Positions 35,331 to 44,722 of a DNA stretch of 64,000 nucleotides are shown one piece after another (positions within the stretch are counted from its first letter, which is position 1; every line of letters starts with the position of its first letter). The notes beneath the pieces were generated by a model that searched no databases, was not told where the DNA came from, and saw only the letters and a list, made by a program, of their open reading frames with translations. Source of the stretch: Candidatus Sumerlaeia bacterium (GTDB lineage Bacteria > Sumerlaeota > Sumerlaeia > SLMS01 > JAHLLQ01); contig JANQSL010000053.1 of NCBI GenBank assembly GCA_028284075.1, forward strand, positions 4,316-68,315, read 5' to 3'. The position numbers and the translations under genes are program-made.

Positions 35331-36289
35331 AGGCCTTTGAATATGCTGTCGCGAAGAATGAGCGGGGAGTTCACACCGCGATCAATCGTGGTTACAAGGT
35401 GAAGGCGGGCGGAATCGACCTGCTGGATCTCATGAAGGAGCGTATTGAGTCCCCAGACAAATTGGTGTCGGTCCTGGCTGTGGATTCCCTTGGTGGTGTT
35501 CGTGAGACAGACGATCACATTGAGGTCGGTGCACTTGTCACACTGGAGGCACTCACCGTTGATCCACTCGTTGCGAAGATTGCGCCGGCACTTGCCGATT
35601 CTGTCCGCCAGGCCGCGACAGCGCAGATACGAGCCGTGGCGACTGTTGGCGGGAACATCTGTCAACGCCCGCGCTGCTGGTACTTCAGGTCGAAAGAGCA
35701 CCACTGTTTGAAGAAGGGCGGGGCCACCTGTTTTGCCGTCGAGGGCGACAACACCTATCATGCAATGTACGGGCGCGGGCCCTGCCACATCGTGCACGCG
35801 TCAAACGTTGCCACAGCATTACGTGCGCTTGAAGGAGAAGTTGCCGCATCCAACGGGACGGATGAACGTGTCATCGGTGCAGACAGGTTCTTTGTGACAC
35901 CGGATCGCAGCATGTACGCTGAAAACACGCTGGATGATGATGAAGTTGTCACGAAGATTCGGATTCCGAAGTCCATTGGTCGAAATGCATACGTCGATTT
36001 GAAGGAAAAGCAATCTTTTGACTGGCCACTTGCGTCCGCCGCAGTGGCCGAAGTTGACGGAAAGTGGAATGTTGTGCTGGGCGCTGTTGCTCCTGTGCCA
36101 TGGTACTCAAAAGAGGCGACTGCGGTGCTTCGCGATGCGGGTGAAGTGAATGACAGCGTTGCGGAGCGTGTGGCCGATGCCGCACTGAAGGATGCAGAGC
36201 CGATGTCACGCAATGCATGGCGATTGAAACTGGTGCGCGCGGCGGTTCGCCGCGCAGTGCTGATGGCCGACGGAAAGGAGATTGACTGA
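35327..36289 (+). CDS. Xanthine-dehydrogenase-family molybdoenzyme, FAD-binding medium subunit (CoxM/XdhB/PaoB-like)
   Basis: FAD_binding_5 pattern AGGIDLLDLMKER...ATVGGNICQRPRCWYFR. Overlaps the large-subunit stop by 4 nt. Confidence 0.8.
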   Translation: MKAFEYAVAKNERGVHTAINRGYKVKAGGIDLLDLMKERIESPDKLVSVLAVDSLGGVRETDDHIEVGALVTLEALTVDPLVAKIAPALADSVRQAATAQIRAVATVGGNICQRPRCWYFRSKEHHCLKKGGATCFAVEGDNTYHAMYGRGPCHIVHASNVATALRALEGEVAASNGTDERVIGADRFFVTPDRSMYAENTLDDDEVVTKIRIPKSIGRNAYVDLKEKQSFDWPLASAAVAEVDGKWNVVLGAVAPVPWYSKEATAVLRDAGEVNDSVAERVADAALKDAEPMSRNAWRLKLVRAAVRRAVLMADGKEID

Positions 36290-36519
36290 TGGAACTTGGC
36301 AATTGCCTGACAGAGCCGACACCCTGCTGCGTGCATCTGCGATGCAAGTCGCTGCATATTCGCTCGGACGAACGCCCTGGCCTGATTCATCATGAAGAAG
36401 CCATGGACTACTGGTGCGCCAAAACGAGCCGGAACACAGGTCCCGACAGAGATGATGTTGTTCATCCGTTGTGCCAGTCGGGCCGAGGTTGTTTTGAGCC
36501 TGGACCCGCACCGGATTGA
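36289..36519 (+). CDS. Small Cys-rich hypothetical protein (76 aa), translationally coupled to the FAD subunit
   Basis: ATG overlaps the upstream TGA (TGATG). GC3-rich codons. Six Cys residues (CLTEPTPCC...C...WC...LCQSGRGC). No homology recognisable. Confidence 0.3.
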   Translation: MELGNCLTEPTPCCVHLRCKSLHIRSDERPGLIHHEEAMDYWCAKTSRNTGPDRDDVVHPLCQSGRGCFEPGPAPD

Positions 36520-36693
36520 CTTCCGACAAAGACCTGCCCTTCGAGCATTTCGGTTCTTTTACAACCTGCTCGGTTCGGCCTTGCTTAGTGTCTCGATATC
36601 CTGTTTCCGCAGGGTACGATCCCGGTGCTTTCTTCTCGCGCACCCGACAGGGCTTCGACAGGTTCTGATCATTCAGTTCCATAAGGAGTGGCA

Positions 36694-37437
36694 ATGAAGG
36701 ACTTGTCAGGAAGAACGGCACTTGTCACGGGAGCGCTGGGAGGTATCGGAACATCCATCTGCGAAACACTTGCAGCGGAGGGATTGCGTCTTGCTCTTGT
36801 CGATCTTGATGAGAGCCGCCTGAGTGAGCTTGAGGACCGTTTGCCAGTGGAGACGTATCCTCTGGCTATGGATATTGCCGATCCGAAGGCTGTTGCGGAA
36901 GGTTGTGATCGTGTGCGTGGTGAGTTTGGCAATGTCGACATTCTCGTGAACAATGCGGGAATCCTGTCAAACAACAAGTTGGCATCATCAACCCCGGACG
37001 AATGGCGACGTGTGATGGCCGTCAATCTCGACAGTGCGTTCTTCATGTCGCAGCAGGTTGTGCCCCACATGAAGCGGCAACAGTGGGGAAGAATCGTAAA
37101 CATTGCTTCATGGGCCTGGAAAGCGGGCGGTTTGACAGCGGGAACGGCCTACACAACATCAAAAGGAGGCATGGTCAGTCTGACATTCTCAATCGCCCGC
37201 GAGTTTGCGGGTGATGGAATTACGGTCAACGGAATCGCGCCTTGCTATGTGATGACACCCATGGTCTCTGAGCAGCTTTCTGATGAACAGCGTGCAAGTC
37301 TGCTTGAAAACATCCCCGTCCGGCGATTCTGCGAACCGGACGAGGTTGCTCATGCCGTGCGGTTTCTGATTTCACCAAAGGCGGGATTCATAACAGGTGA
37401 GATTATTGATATGAATGGTGGCCTCCAGTTTGATTAG
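36694..37437 (+). CDS. SDR-family oxidoreductase (FabG-like 3-oxoacyl reductase fold)
   Basis: AAGGAG RBS 6 nt upstream. TGALGGIGTS (TGxxxGIG), NNAG, and the S...YxxxK catalytic tetrad context (YTTSKGG). Confidence 0.85.
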   Translation: MKDLSGRTALVTGALGGIGTSICETLAAEGLRLALVDLDESRLSELEDRLPVETYPLAMDIADPKAVAEGCDRVRGEFGNVDILVNNAGILSNNKLASSTPDEWRRVMAVNLDSAFFMSQQVVPHMKRQQWGRIVNIASWAWKAGGLTAGTAYTTSKGGMVSLTFSIAREFAGDGITVNGIAPCYVMTPMVSEQLSDEQRASLLENIPVRRFCEPDEVAHAVRFLISPKAGFITGEIIDMNGGLQFD

Positions 37438-37503
37438 GTTTCGACCTCAAGAGGTTGTGTCAATTCGCTGAGGTTGAGTTTTCACTGATTTTGCAGTCAC
37501 CGT

Positions 37504-38493
37504 TTAGTACTTCTCCCATCCCTCGACATTCGAGGCGTTGAGAGAGTAGCCCAGGTCAGACAGGGCTCCCAGCTCATAATCGGCAAGCGTGCGATGAGCG
37601 ATGCCCGGGTCCGCGTACCGGCTCAAAACTCCGGTGCTTGTGGGTTCCGTATCGGCCCAGCTGATGAAGCTGAGATTGGCTGCGAAGGGATCCGGTGCAT
37701 AGACCGGAATGTTGCCACCGAAGGTTGTCGTTGAATTGGTTCCATTGAAGAACACTCCTCCTGAGCCACCGGTGAGCCACGCCGTGGTTCCATTGAATGC
37801 TCCGGTCGAGGAATCGAACAGAGAGATATCACTGCCATTCACCAGGAACGAATCCCAGCGCGAACGCGTCAGCATCATATTGATGTCCGTCGACTCTCCG
37901 CTGGCTGTGGAAAGCGTCAGGATACCCATACCACGGAGGACACTGGCTTTGATCTTCGAATAAAGATCGTGTTCATGGCTTGCAGGAGAGTTTATCGTTT
38001 CATTGTACGTGTGAGCGAAACTGACCTCGACCACCAGGTCGGGAAAAGTCGGAAAAAGGTCCATACCATTCACGATGGCTTTGTAGGAATCAGGATCCAT
38101 CACACCGTTGACGGAATCGTAATACGTGCCACCAAGCGCCCAATAGTCGGATGTATTTGTTGAGGGCCAGACTTCGACGTCTATTGTGTGGGTGCTGTTA
38201 ATCATGCTGCCGACATCGACGAGAACCGCGAGCAAAAGGGCCTGCCGGGTGGGACCGGAGACCGGGTCATCGAAGCCAAAACCGGTGTTTGTCACAACAT
38301 CCGTGAAGACTACATTCCAGGCGGGTCCGCTTCCTTTGGGCACAGCCTTTTGAGTCCTGGGGGAGAGGAGGTTGAAATCCTTTTCTCCGGTTATTCGCAG
38401 TGATCCATCGCTCATGGCGAGCGGGCGCTCTACCGGTGCTGCCTCTCCCACACCAAAAACGAGACTCCCGGCCAAAATGATGCCCGTGGTCAT
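37504..38493 (-). CDS. Secreted hypothetical protein (Asn/Ser/Thr-rich, beta-rich)
   Basis: Start at MTTGIILAGSLVFGVGEAAP signal peptide. No recognisable catalytic motif. Confidence 0.5.
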   Translation of the reverse strand: MTTGIILAGSLVFGVGEAAPVERPLAMSDGSLRITGEKDFNLLSPRTQKAVPKGSGPAWNVVFTDVVTNTGFGFDDPVSGPTRQALLLAVLVDVGSMINSTHTIDVEVWPSTNTSDYWALGGTYYDSVNGVMDPDSYKAIVNGMDLFPTFPDLVVEVSFAHTYNETINSPASHEHDLYSKIKASVLRGMGILTLSTASGESTDINMMLTRSRWDSFLVNGSDISLFDSSTGAFNGTTAWLTGGSGGVFFNGTNSTTTFGGNIPVYAPDPFAANLSFISWADTEPTSTGVLSRYADPGIAHRTLADYELGALSDLGYSLNASNVEGWEKY

Positions 38494-38720
38494 TAATCTC
38501 CCAACCTTCACAATGAGACTCCTTTGTTATTTGACTTAAATAAATAGTTTCCCATTCGTTATTCGATGCAACCCATTTGTGCAAACCAGGAGTCTCGATG
38601 CGGGTTTTATCGGTTTTTATTTTTCTGCCTCCTCTTTCTCTCAGGAGCATTTGCGCCTGTCTCCTCGCGTGACCAAAGCAAGTCCTTCATTCCTGATCAG
38701 GCAACGAGAGGATATTCCCA

Positions 38721-41700
38721 ATGAAACGACTTTCGACGGGATCAGCGCGGGTCGCACTGGCAGCGTTGGGTCTGCTCCCGGGGGCGACGGTGTTGGCGAA
38801 TCCAGTGACAGTGGGGGGAGCACGGTTCACGGTGGTGACACCGGAATGTGTGCGAATGGAATATCACCCGGAAGGTCACTTCATTGACGCGCCATCAATG
38901 TTTGCCGTGGGGCGCGATGTGCTGGCGGAAAACGTTGTGGTGAAGCGCAACGACGATACCGTTGTGATCGACACGGGGAAAATTCAGATCAGCTACACGC
39001 CGAACGGGCGCCCCTTCTCACGGGAGAATCTGACCGCTGTCGTAAGGGCGGGGGATCGCGTTATTGCCTGGAAACCCGAGAGCAGGCAGACTCACAACCT
39101 CGGAGGTACCATTCCGACCCTCGACCAGGTGAAGGGTCCGGTGGACCTTGGGGAGGGTATTCTCTCAAGGGACGGCTGGTATCTGTTGGATGATTCGCGC
39201 GGTTTTCTTCTCTTGAACGATTGGGTCGAGCCACGCCCTGTCGATGCGGGTACAGACTGGTACCTGTTCGGATACGGATCTGACTACAAAGCGGCTTTCA
39301 AGGCATTTACAACCATCGCCGGCGAGGTTCCCATGCCGCGCAAGGCGGTTCTTGGTTCGTGGTATTCACGCTGGTGGCATTATACGACAGAGGATTACAA
39401 GAATATCGTTCGTGAATACGCGGAGCATGACTTTCCACTCGATGTCATCGTTATGGACATGGAGTGGCATACGGGACCATGGACCGGATGGAGTTGGAAC
39501 CACGAGCTGCTGGAAGATCCGCCGGCACTTCTGGAATGGTTTCATGAGCAGGGATTGGCGGTCACACTCAATGTCCATCCGGCGGATGGTGTGGCTCCAG
39601 TCGAGACGATGTATCCCGAGTTTATGCATGACCTTGATGCCGACCCGGAGTCCGGAAACGTGATTCCCTTCGATGCCGGCGACCGGGAATACATGGAGGC
39701 GTACTTCCGCCATACACATCATCCTCGTGAAGCGGAGGGTGTGGATTTCTGGTGGCTGGACTGGCAGCAGTATCCTGACGTTCTCAGTATCCCCGGGTTG
39801 CGGAATCTGGCCTGGTTGAACAAACTCTACTTCGACAACTCCATGCGATGCGGCAAACGGGGCCTTCAGTTCAGCCGCTGGGGGGGCTGGGGAGATCATC
39901 GTCATCCGATTCATTTCAGCGGAGACGCTGACACGGGATGGGAAATGCTGGGGTTTGAGGTTCCTTTCACGTCTGTTGCCGCAAACGAGGGGGCATACTT
40001 CTGGAGCCACGACATTGGCGGTCATTTTGGTAAGCGCAATGAGGAGCCCTATGCACGATGGGTGCAGTTCGCGGCGACAACGGCAGCGATGCGCCTCCAC
40101 AGCGGCATCATTGAGTACCTCGATCGGCGCCCCTGGAAATGGCCTGACTGGGCCACCGAATCGATGCGGCGATCCTTTCATCTGCGGGCTGAGCTGATGC
40201 CATATGTTTACAGCGCGGTCCGAGAAACCCATGAAACAGGCGTTCCTCTGAATCGGCCGATGTATGTCGATTCACCGAATCATGCCGAAGCATACGAAGT
40301 TCCTCAGCAGTATATGTTCGGCAGCGACCTGCTCGTCGCCAACATCGCATCGAAAGGCTACGGACCCGGCCGTGTTGCAAGCCAGTTGGTCTGGTTTCCG
40401 CCAGGAGAGTGGTTCAATTTCTTTACAGGCGAATCGTTTGAAGGTCCGGAATGGCGTCTGGTTTGTGCCGATATCAACGAGATACCTCTTTATGTCCGAG
40501 GAGGAGTTCCGATTCCCATGCAGCCATACTCTCCGCGCCCCACGACTCAAAATCTGGAGAAGCTGGTGGTTCACGTTTGGCCCGGAAAGGAGGAAGAGAC
40601 GGGAAGTTCAACTTTGTATGAGGACGATGCTCTGAGCCGGGAGTATGAACAGGGCCGTTTTGCGAAAACACTCCTCTCATCAACTCGCAATGGTAACACC
40701 ACGGACATTGCAATTGGCGCCACCGAGGGAGAGTTCGACGGACAGGTTCCTGAACGCTCATACGAAATCGTCGTTGGTTGTGTCGAGGAACCTGACAGCG
40801 TGAAGGTGGATGGTGTGGAGGGGGAGTTCACCTGGGACCAGGTTCAGTGCAGGGTGACGGTAAGTGTCTCTTCGCGCTCCATCCGCAAAGGGGCTAAAGT
40901 GAGTATTGTGGCTGCACGGGCCGATCGGTCTTATTTTGCCGGTCGGGAGCTGCAGAGGCGTCTTGGAGAAATTGATGCAGATGCGGAGGACTTGACGGAA
41001 GCGATCAAGAAGGCGGCAAGGTCATCGCCGGAATTGCTGCCGGGGCTGGTGGCGCTTGGTGGATTCGGAATCGTTGAAAATCAGACGCACTATCCACACG
41101 TCGGGCATCTAAGGCGTGTTGTCCGAAATCCGGACTCAGTTGTTTCTCCGGATGGAACAACGATTGTCCATCGCCGGGTAGAGACGACTGAGGGATCGGC
41201 CGTACATGAGGATCGCCTTGAACTCTCAAGTCTGACGGGACCGATGGGTTTTGCCGGTCCTCACCGGGAGAAGCCCGAACTTCCATTTCTTGAGAAGGCC
41301 ATAGACGACCGGGCACTGTCATTTGTGTTGGATGATGAGACAATTACAATTTCCACGCAGTTGGCCGTGTTCTCCGGAGGGCTGAAGGAATGGTTCGTGT
41401 CAGAAGCTTATCCCTTCGACACTGAAAGCGCGATTGATCAGCAACAATACCCTCCCGAGGAGTTGTCCCTGGAAGAGCTGGGGAGCATCGAGCCTGACAG
41501 TGTGTGGAAAAAGGTCAGAGCCAATGATGATGGTTTGGTGGATCTTCTGGAGGCACGGGGGGGCGAGAACTGTCTTGCTTACGCGGTTGCGACATTTGAG
41601 GCTGATAGTGGTCCTGTCGTTCTGGCTTTTCGATCAGACGATGGTATCGAAGTCTGGCTTAATGGTGTGAAAATTCACAGCGCAAATGTGCTTCGCGGAA

Positions 41701-41828
41701 TCGATCACGAGTGGGAGGAAACCGAGGCCGATCTCCGGGATGGTCAGAATATTCTTCTGCTGAAGGTTTCGCAGGCGAACTCCAACTGGGAGTTCATGGT
41801 TTCCGGAAGAAGGACAGATGATCGGTGA
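38721..41828 (+). CDS. Secreted glycoside hydrolase family 31-like enzyme with C-terminal beta-sandwich sugar-binding-like domain
   Basis: Signal peptide. GH31 core blocks FPLDVIVMDMEWH...F.DP.ALLEWFHEQGLAVTLNVHPA and GVDFWWLDWQQYP (aligned to the nucleophile region). C-terminal GH31 strand IPLYVRGGVPIPM. Distal domain with VWLNGVKI (GH2-N/galactose-binding-like motif). Confidence 0.7.
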   Translation: MKRLSTGSARVALAALGLLPGATVLANPVTVGGARFTVVTPECVRMEYHPEGHFIDAPSMFAVGRDVLAENVVVKRNDDTVVIDTGKIQISYTPNGRPFSRENLTAVVRAGDRVIAWKPESRQTHNLGGTIPTLDQVKGPVDLGEGILSRDGWYLLDDSRGFLLLNDWVEPRPVDAGTDWYLFGYGSDYKAAFKAFTTIAGEVPMPRKAVLGSWYSRWWHYTTEDYKNIVREYAEHDFPLDVIVMDMEWHTGPWTGWSWNHELLEDPPALLEWFHEQGLAVTLNVHPADGVAPVETMYPEFMHDLDADPESGNVIPFDAGDREYMEAYFRHTHHPREAEGVDFWWLDWQQYPDVLSIPGLRNLAWLNKLYFDNSMRCGKRGLQFSRWGGWGDHRHPIHFSGDADTGWEMLGFEVPFTSVAANEGAYFWSHDIGGHFGKRNEEPYARWVQFAATTAAMRLHSGIIEYLDRRPWKWPDWATESMRRSFHLRAELMPYVYSAVRETHETGVPLNRPMYVDSPNHAEAYEVPQQYMFGSDLLVANIASKGYGPGRVASQLVWFPPGEWFNFFTGESFEGPEWRLVCADINEIPLYVRGGVPIPMQPYSPRPTTQNLEKLVVHVWPGKEEETGSSTLYEDDALSREYEQGRFAKTLLSSTRNGNTTDIAIGATEGEFDGQVPERSYEIVVGCVEEPDSVKVDGVEGEFTWDQVQCRVTVSVSSRSIRKGAKVSIVAARADRSYFAGRELQRRLGEIDADAEDLTEAIKKAARSSPELLPGLVALGGFGIVENQTHYPHVGHLRRVVRNPDSVVSPDGTTIVHRRVETTEGSAVHEDRLELSSLTGPMGFAGPHREKPELPFLEKAIDDRALSFVLDDETITISTQLAVFSGGLKEWFVSEAYPFDTESAIDQQQYPPEELSLEELGSIEPDSVWKKVRANDDGLVDLLEARGGENCLAYAVATFEADSGPVVLAFRSDDGIEVWLNGVKIHSANVLRGIDHEWEETEADLRDGQNILLLKVSQANSNWEFMVSGRRTDDR

Positions 41829-42008
41829 ATTGCGACGAAGGCCTGTGGGGGGGAGGCGGAACCTCTTTTGCTTTTTATTCGCGCAATGTCGCGAAAGTCG
41901 TTGCGGTCCAGCCACCTGTATTTCACGAATAGCTCTGATGATGCGGGTCGAGCATTGGTGAAAAAGGGGGTCACCGTGCTCTGAATCTTTTGGGGAGATG
42001 GTGACTTC

Positions 42009-44702
42009 ATGAATCTTGCGGCACGACGCCTCAGCGCCTGCCTGCGGACCGCTCTGTTCTTCCTGGCCATAGGCTTCCCTCTCGCGGCCCTGGCTCAGTC
42101 CGACGTAGTCGTGCTAAAGAATGGCACGCAAATTACCGGCACGATAACCACCCAGGATGGTGGTGAGGTCCGGATCATTGTCGGCGGGATCGAGCAGATC
42201 CACTACATGACAAACGTCAGGGAAGTGATTCGCGGGGATGCTTCTGAGATTGGTCCCGGCGAGCCTGCGGCACAGGAGGCCCTCAAGCGATTCCGGGCAA
42301 ACCAGTTTATCGATGCCTGGGAACAGTACGTTGAGATGGATGCGGCCGAGGGCGAGGCGTGGCGGCGTCACGAGGACCGAATCAAGGCAACGCTGCAACG
42401 CCTGACCGGTCAGATGGCACAGGAGGCCCTGGCCGGTGGCGATGGTGATGCACTGGATCAACTTAACCGCATATTGAATGAGGATGGCACGAGAAACCTT
42501 GTCAGCAAGGTCTACCCGGAGAACCTTGAGCAGTTCAACAACCTCATTCGACGACTTGCAGGTACAGTGCATTTTCTGCGAGGCAAACGAGCCCGCCTGG
42601 AGAGCCGTGACCCGGAAGCTGCCGAACTCGAGTTCCGCGAAGCGGAGACTCATCTTCAACGTGGCGACCCGTATTATGCGGAATTGATGTTTCACTATGG
42701 GCATGTTATTCTGGATCAGGCCGAGGCTTTATGGGATCGTGCACAGGACGGCGCCCGGCTTCCATCTGACGTTCCGGCTCTTCAGGAGCTGGATCGCCGC
42801 TTTTACGAAGCCAGCAGCAAGTGGTCCGAAGTCAGGACCATTCTGAGCGGTAACACCTTTCCCGAGGCTGAAAGCAGAGCGATCCGAAGTTTCTTCAACG
42901 AAATTCAGAGTCGGCAGACCGCTGTTACAACAGGACGAGAGGCCATCAGTGCGAAGATTGTTCAGATAGAGGCGGCCGCTCGACCTCAGCCAACGCCGAT
43001 TCCAACCCCCACTCCTGTTCCAACACCTGTTCCGACACCATCTCCAACTCCATCGATTACCGAGGATCCAAAGATTTGGTTTAGTGAGAAGTTCGGTGAC
43101 GTGCTGCCTGAAGGACTAAAGGACGCCAGTATTGGTCAGTACGCAATTTATGTCGCGGTTTTTATCGTCGTCTTTTGGATGATTCCGTGGGCGGTTTTCA
43201 AGATCCTGCGGAGACGTATCGACATTATTGCCGATCAGTGGGCAAAGCGGGTCTGGTTCCTTGGTCCAGTCACTCTCATCGGATACATGATATCGTTCAT
43301 TGCCGTACGTCCCAAACGCATCAGAGTGAAGAAGTCGAAGAATCCGTGTCCGCATTGCGGGTTCGGGCTGGATGATATCATGTCCTACGAAAATCTGGAC
43401 TTTTATCACTGCCCGAACTGTGGTGGTGAGATTGAACCTGTTCATTCAATGGAAGACTATATCACTGTCCTCGCCAACAGCCTCGCAACCGACGCCGAGA
43501 AAGTGACTCTTGGTATTGTTTCGATGGCAAGCTTTGTCGGCCAGGACGTCATGCAGCGCCTCGTACGCGCTGTGCTGACACATTCAATCCGGTCTCGCGC
43601 CTCAGACGTTCACATCGAACCCCAGCAACAGGCCGTTTCCATTCGCCATCGAGTCGATGGTGTGATGACGGAAATGACGCGTCTGCCGGCGTCCATTGGA
43701 CCCGCGATCGTTTCGGCCATCAAGGTCAACGCCAGCATGGACATTTCCGAGAAACGAAAGCCGCAGGATGGCGCCTGGCAGATTATGGTGGACGATGCGG
43801 ATATTGATCTCCGTATCGCGTCGTCGCCGTCGACAGTAGGGGAAACCATCACAATTCGTATTCTTGACTTCCGTTCGATCCAGATGGAGACAAAGAATCT
43901 GGGTATGACCAAGTCGGGGCGGGACGTCTTCGAGAAAGCCATCCGCGAACCACACGGTTTGATTCTGGTTACCGGCCCCACCGGTTCCGGCAAGACAACA
44001 TCTCTGTATGTGGCTCTGCGAAGTATCACGACGGGTGACAAGAATATCATCTCGATCGAGGATCCGATCGAGTTCAGGCTCGCCGGTGTGAATCAGATTC
44101 AAGTGAATCCGGCGGCAGGTCTGACGTTCGCTTCGGGATTGAGGTCCATTTTGCGTCAGGACCCCGATGTTATCATGGTCGGCGAGATTCGTGACCAGGA
44201 AACGGCGGAAATCGCGGTCAATGCGGCTCAAACCGGTCACCTGGTTTTTTCGACTCTTCACACAATCGATGCGGCAGCGACAGTAACGCGTCTCTACGAT
44301 TTGGGGATCAGTCCTCGTCAGTTCGCCGACGCACTTTCAATCATCGTCGCACAACGGTTGATTCGCCTTGTTTGCCCGGATTGCAAGACGTCTGACAAAC
44401 CGGACAAGGCCGTATTGCGTGAGATTGGAATTCGCGAAGAGGATGAACCGAACTATCCGTTCATGATTGGCCAGGGATGTCGTTCCTGTAACAGCATGGG
44501 CTACCTTGGACGCTCCGGAATTTTTGAAATTCTCGCTCCGAACGCCGCGATTCGAACAGCGCTGGAATCAGGCACGCAATCAACTCAGGAGCTTCGCGAG
44601 CTTGCCATTGCCAACGGCATGAGAGCACTGCGTGAAGAAGCTCTCGTGCTTCTGAAGCAGGGCATGACTTCGGCGGAAGAGGTTCTTCGCGTCACAAAGT
44701 AA
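42009..44702 (+). CDS. Fusion protein: signal peptide + extracytoplasmic N-terminal module + Pro-Thr linker + TM segment(s) + CxxC-CxxC zinc ribbon + GspE/PilB-type type II secretion / type IV pilus ATPase (GspE N1/N2 + ATPase + tetracysteine)
   Basis: N-terminal MNLAARRLSACLRTALFFLAIGFPLAALAQS. Module VVLKNGTQITGTITTQDGGEVRIIVGG resembles the 14088 protein. PT linker PQPTPIPTPTPVPTPVPTPSPTPS. TM YAIYVAVFIVVFWMIPWAVF. Zinc ribbon CPHCG...CPNCGG. GspE-N (SDVHIEP...RHRVDG), Walker A GLILVTGPTGSGKTTSLYVAL, Asp/His boxes (IISIEDPIEF, IMVGEIRD), tetracysteine C..C......C..C, and C-terminal GRSGIFEIL. Confidence 0.8.
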   Translation: MNLAARRLSACLRTALFFLAIGFPLAALAQSDVVVLKNGTQITGTITTQDGGEVRIIVGGIEQIHYMTNVREVIRGDASEIGPGEPAAQEALKRFRANQFIDAWEQYVEMDAAEGEAWRRHEDRIKATLQRLTGQMAQEALAGGDGDALDQLNRILNEDGTRNLVSKVYPENLEQFNNLIRRLAGTVHFLRGKRARLESRDPEAAELEFREAETHLQRGDPYYAELMFHYGHVILDQAEALWDRAQDGARLPSDVPALQELDRRFYEASSKWSEVRTILSGNTFPEAESRAIRSFFNEIQSRQTAVTTGREAISAKIVQIEAAARPQPTPIPTPTPVPTPVPTPSPTPSITEDPKIWFSEKFGDVLPEGLKDASIGQYAIYVAVFIVVFWMIPWAVFKILRRRIDIIADQWAKRVWFLGPVTLIGYMISFIAVRPKRIRVKKSKNPCPHCGFGLDDIMSYENLDFYHCPNCGGEIEPVHSMEDYITVLANSLATDAEKVTLGIVSMASFVGQDVMQRLVRAVLTHSIRSRASDVHIEPQQQAVSIRHRVDGVMTEMTRLPASIGPAIVSAIKVNASMDISEKRKPQDGAWQIMVDDADIDLRIASSPSTVGETITIRILDFRSIQMETKNLGMTKSGRDVFEKAIREPHGLILVTGPTGSGKTTSLYVALRSITTGDKNIISIEDPIEFRLAGVNQIQVNPAAGLTFASGLRSILRQDPDVIMVGEIRDQETAEIAVNAAQTGHLVFSTLHTIDAAATVTRLYDLGISPRQFADALSIIVAQRLIRLVCPDCKTSDKPDKAVLREIGIREEDEPNYPFMIGQGCRSCNSMGYLGRSGIFEILAPNAAIRTALESGTQSTQELRELAIANGMRALREEALVLLKQGMTSAEEVLRVTK

Positions 44703-44722
44703 ATGGTTCCGGACGGAGAGAG

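Noticed and set aside
39366-40232. 288-aa minus-strand ORF
   Set aside because: It is antisense to the GH31 gene.
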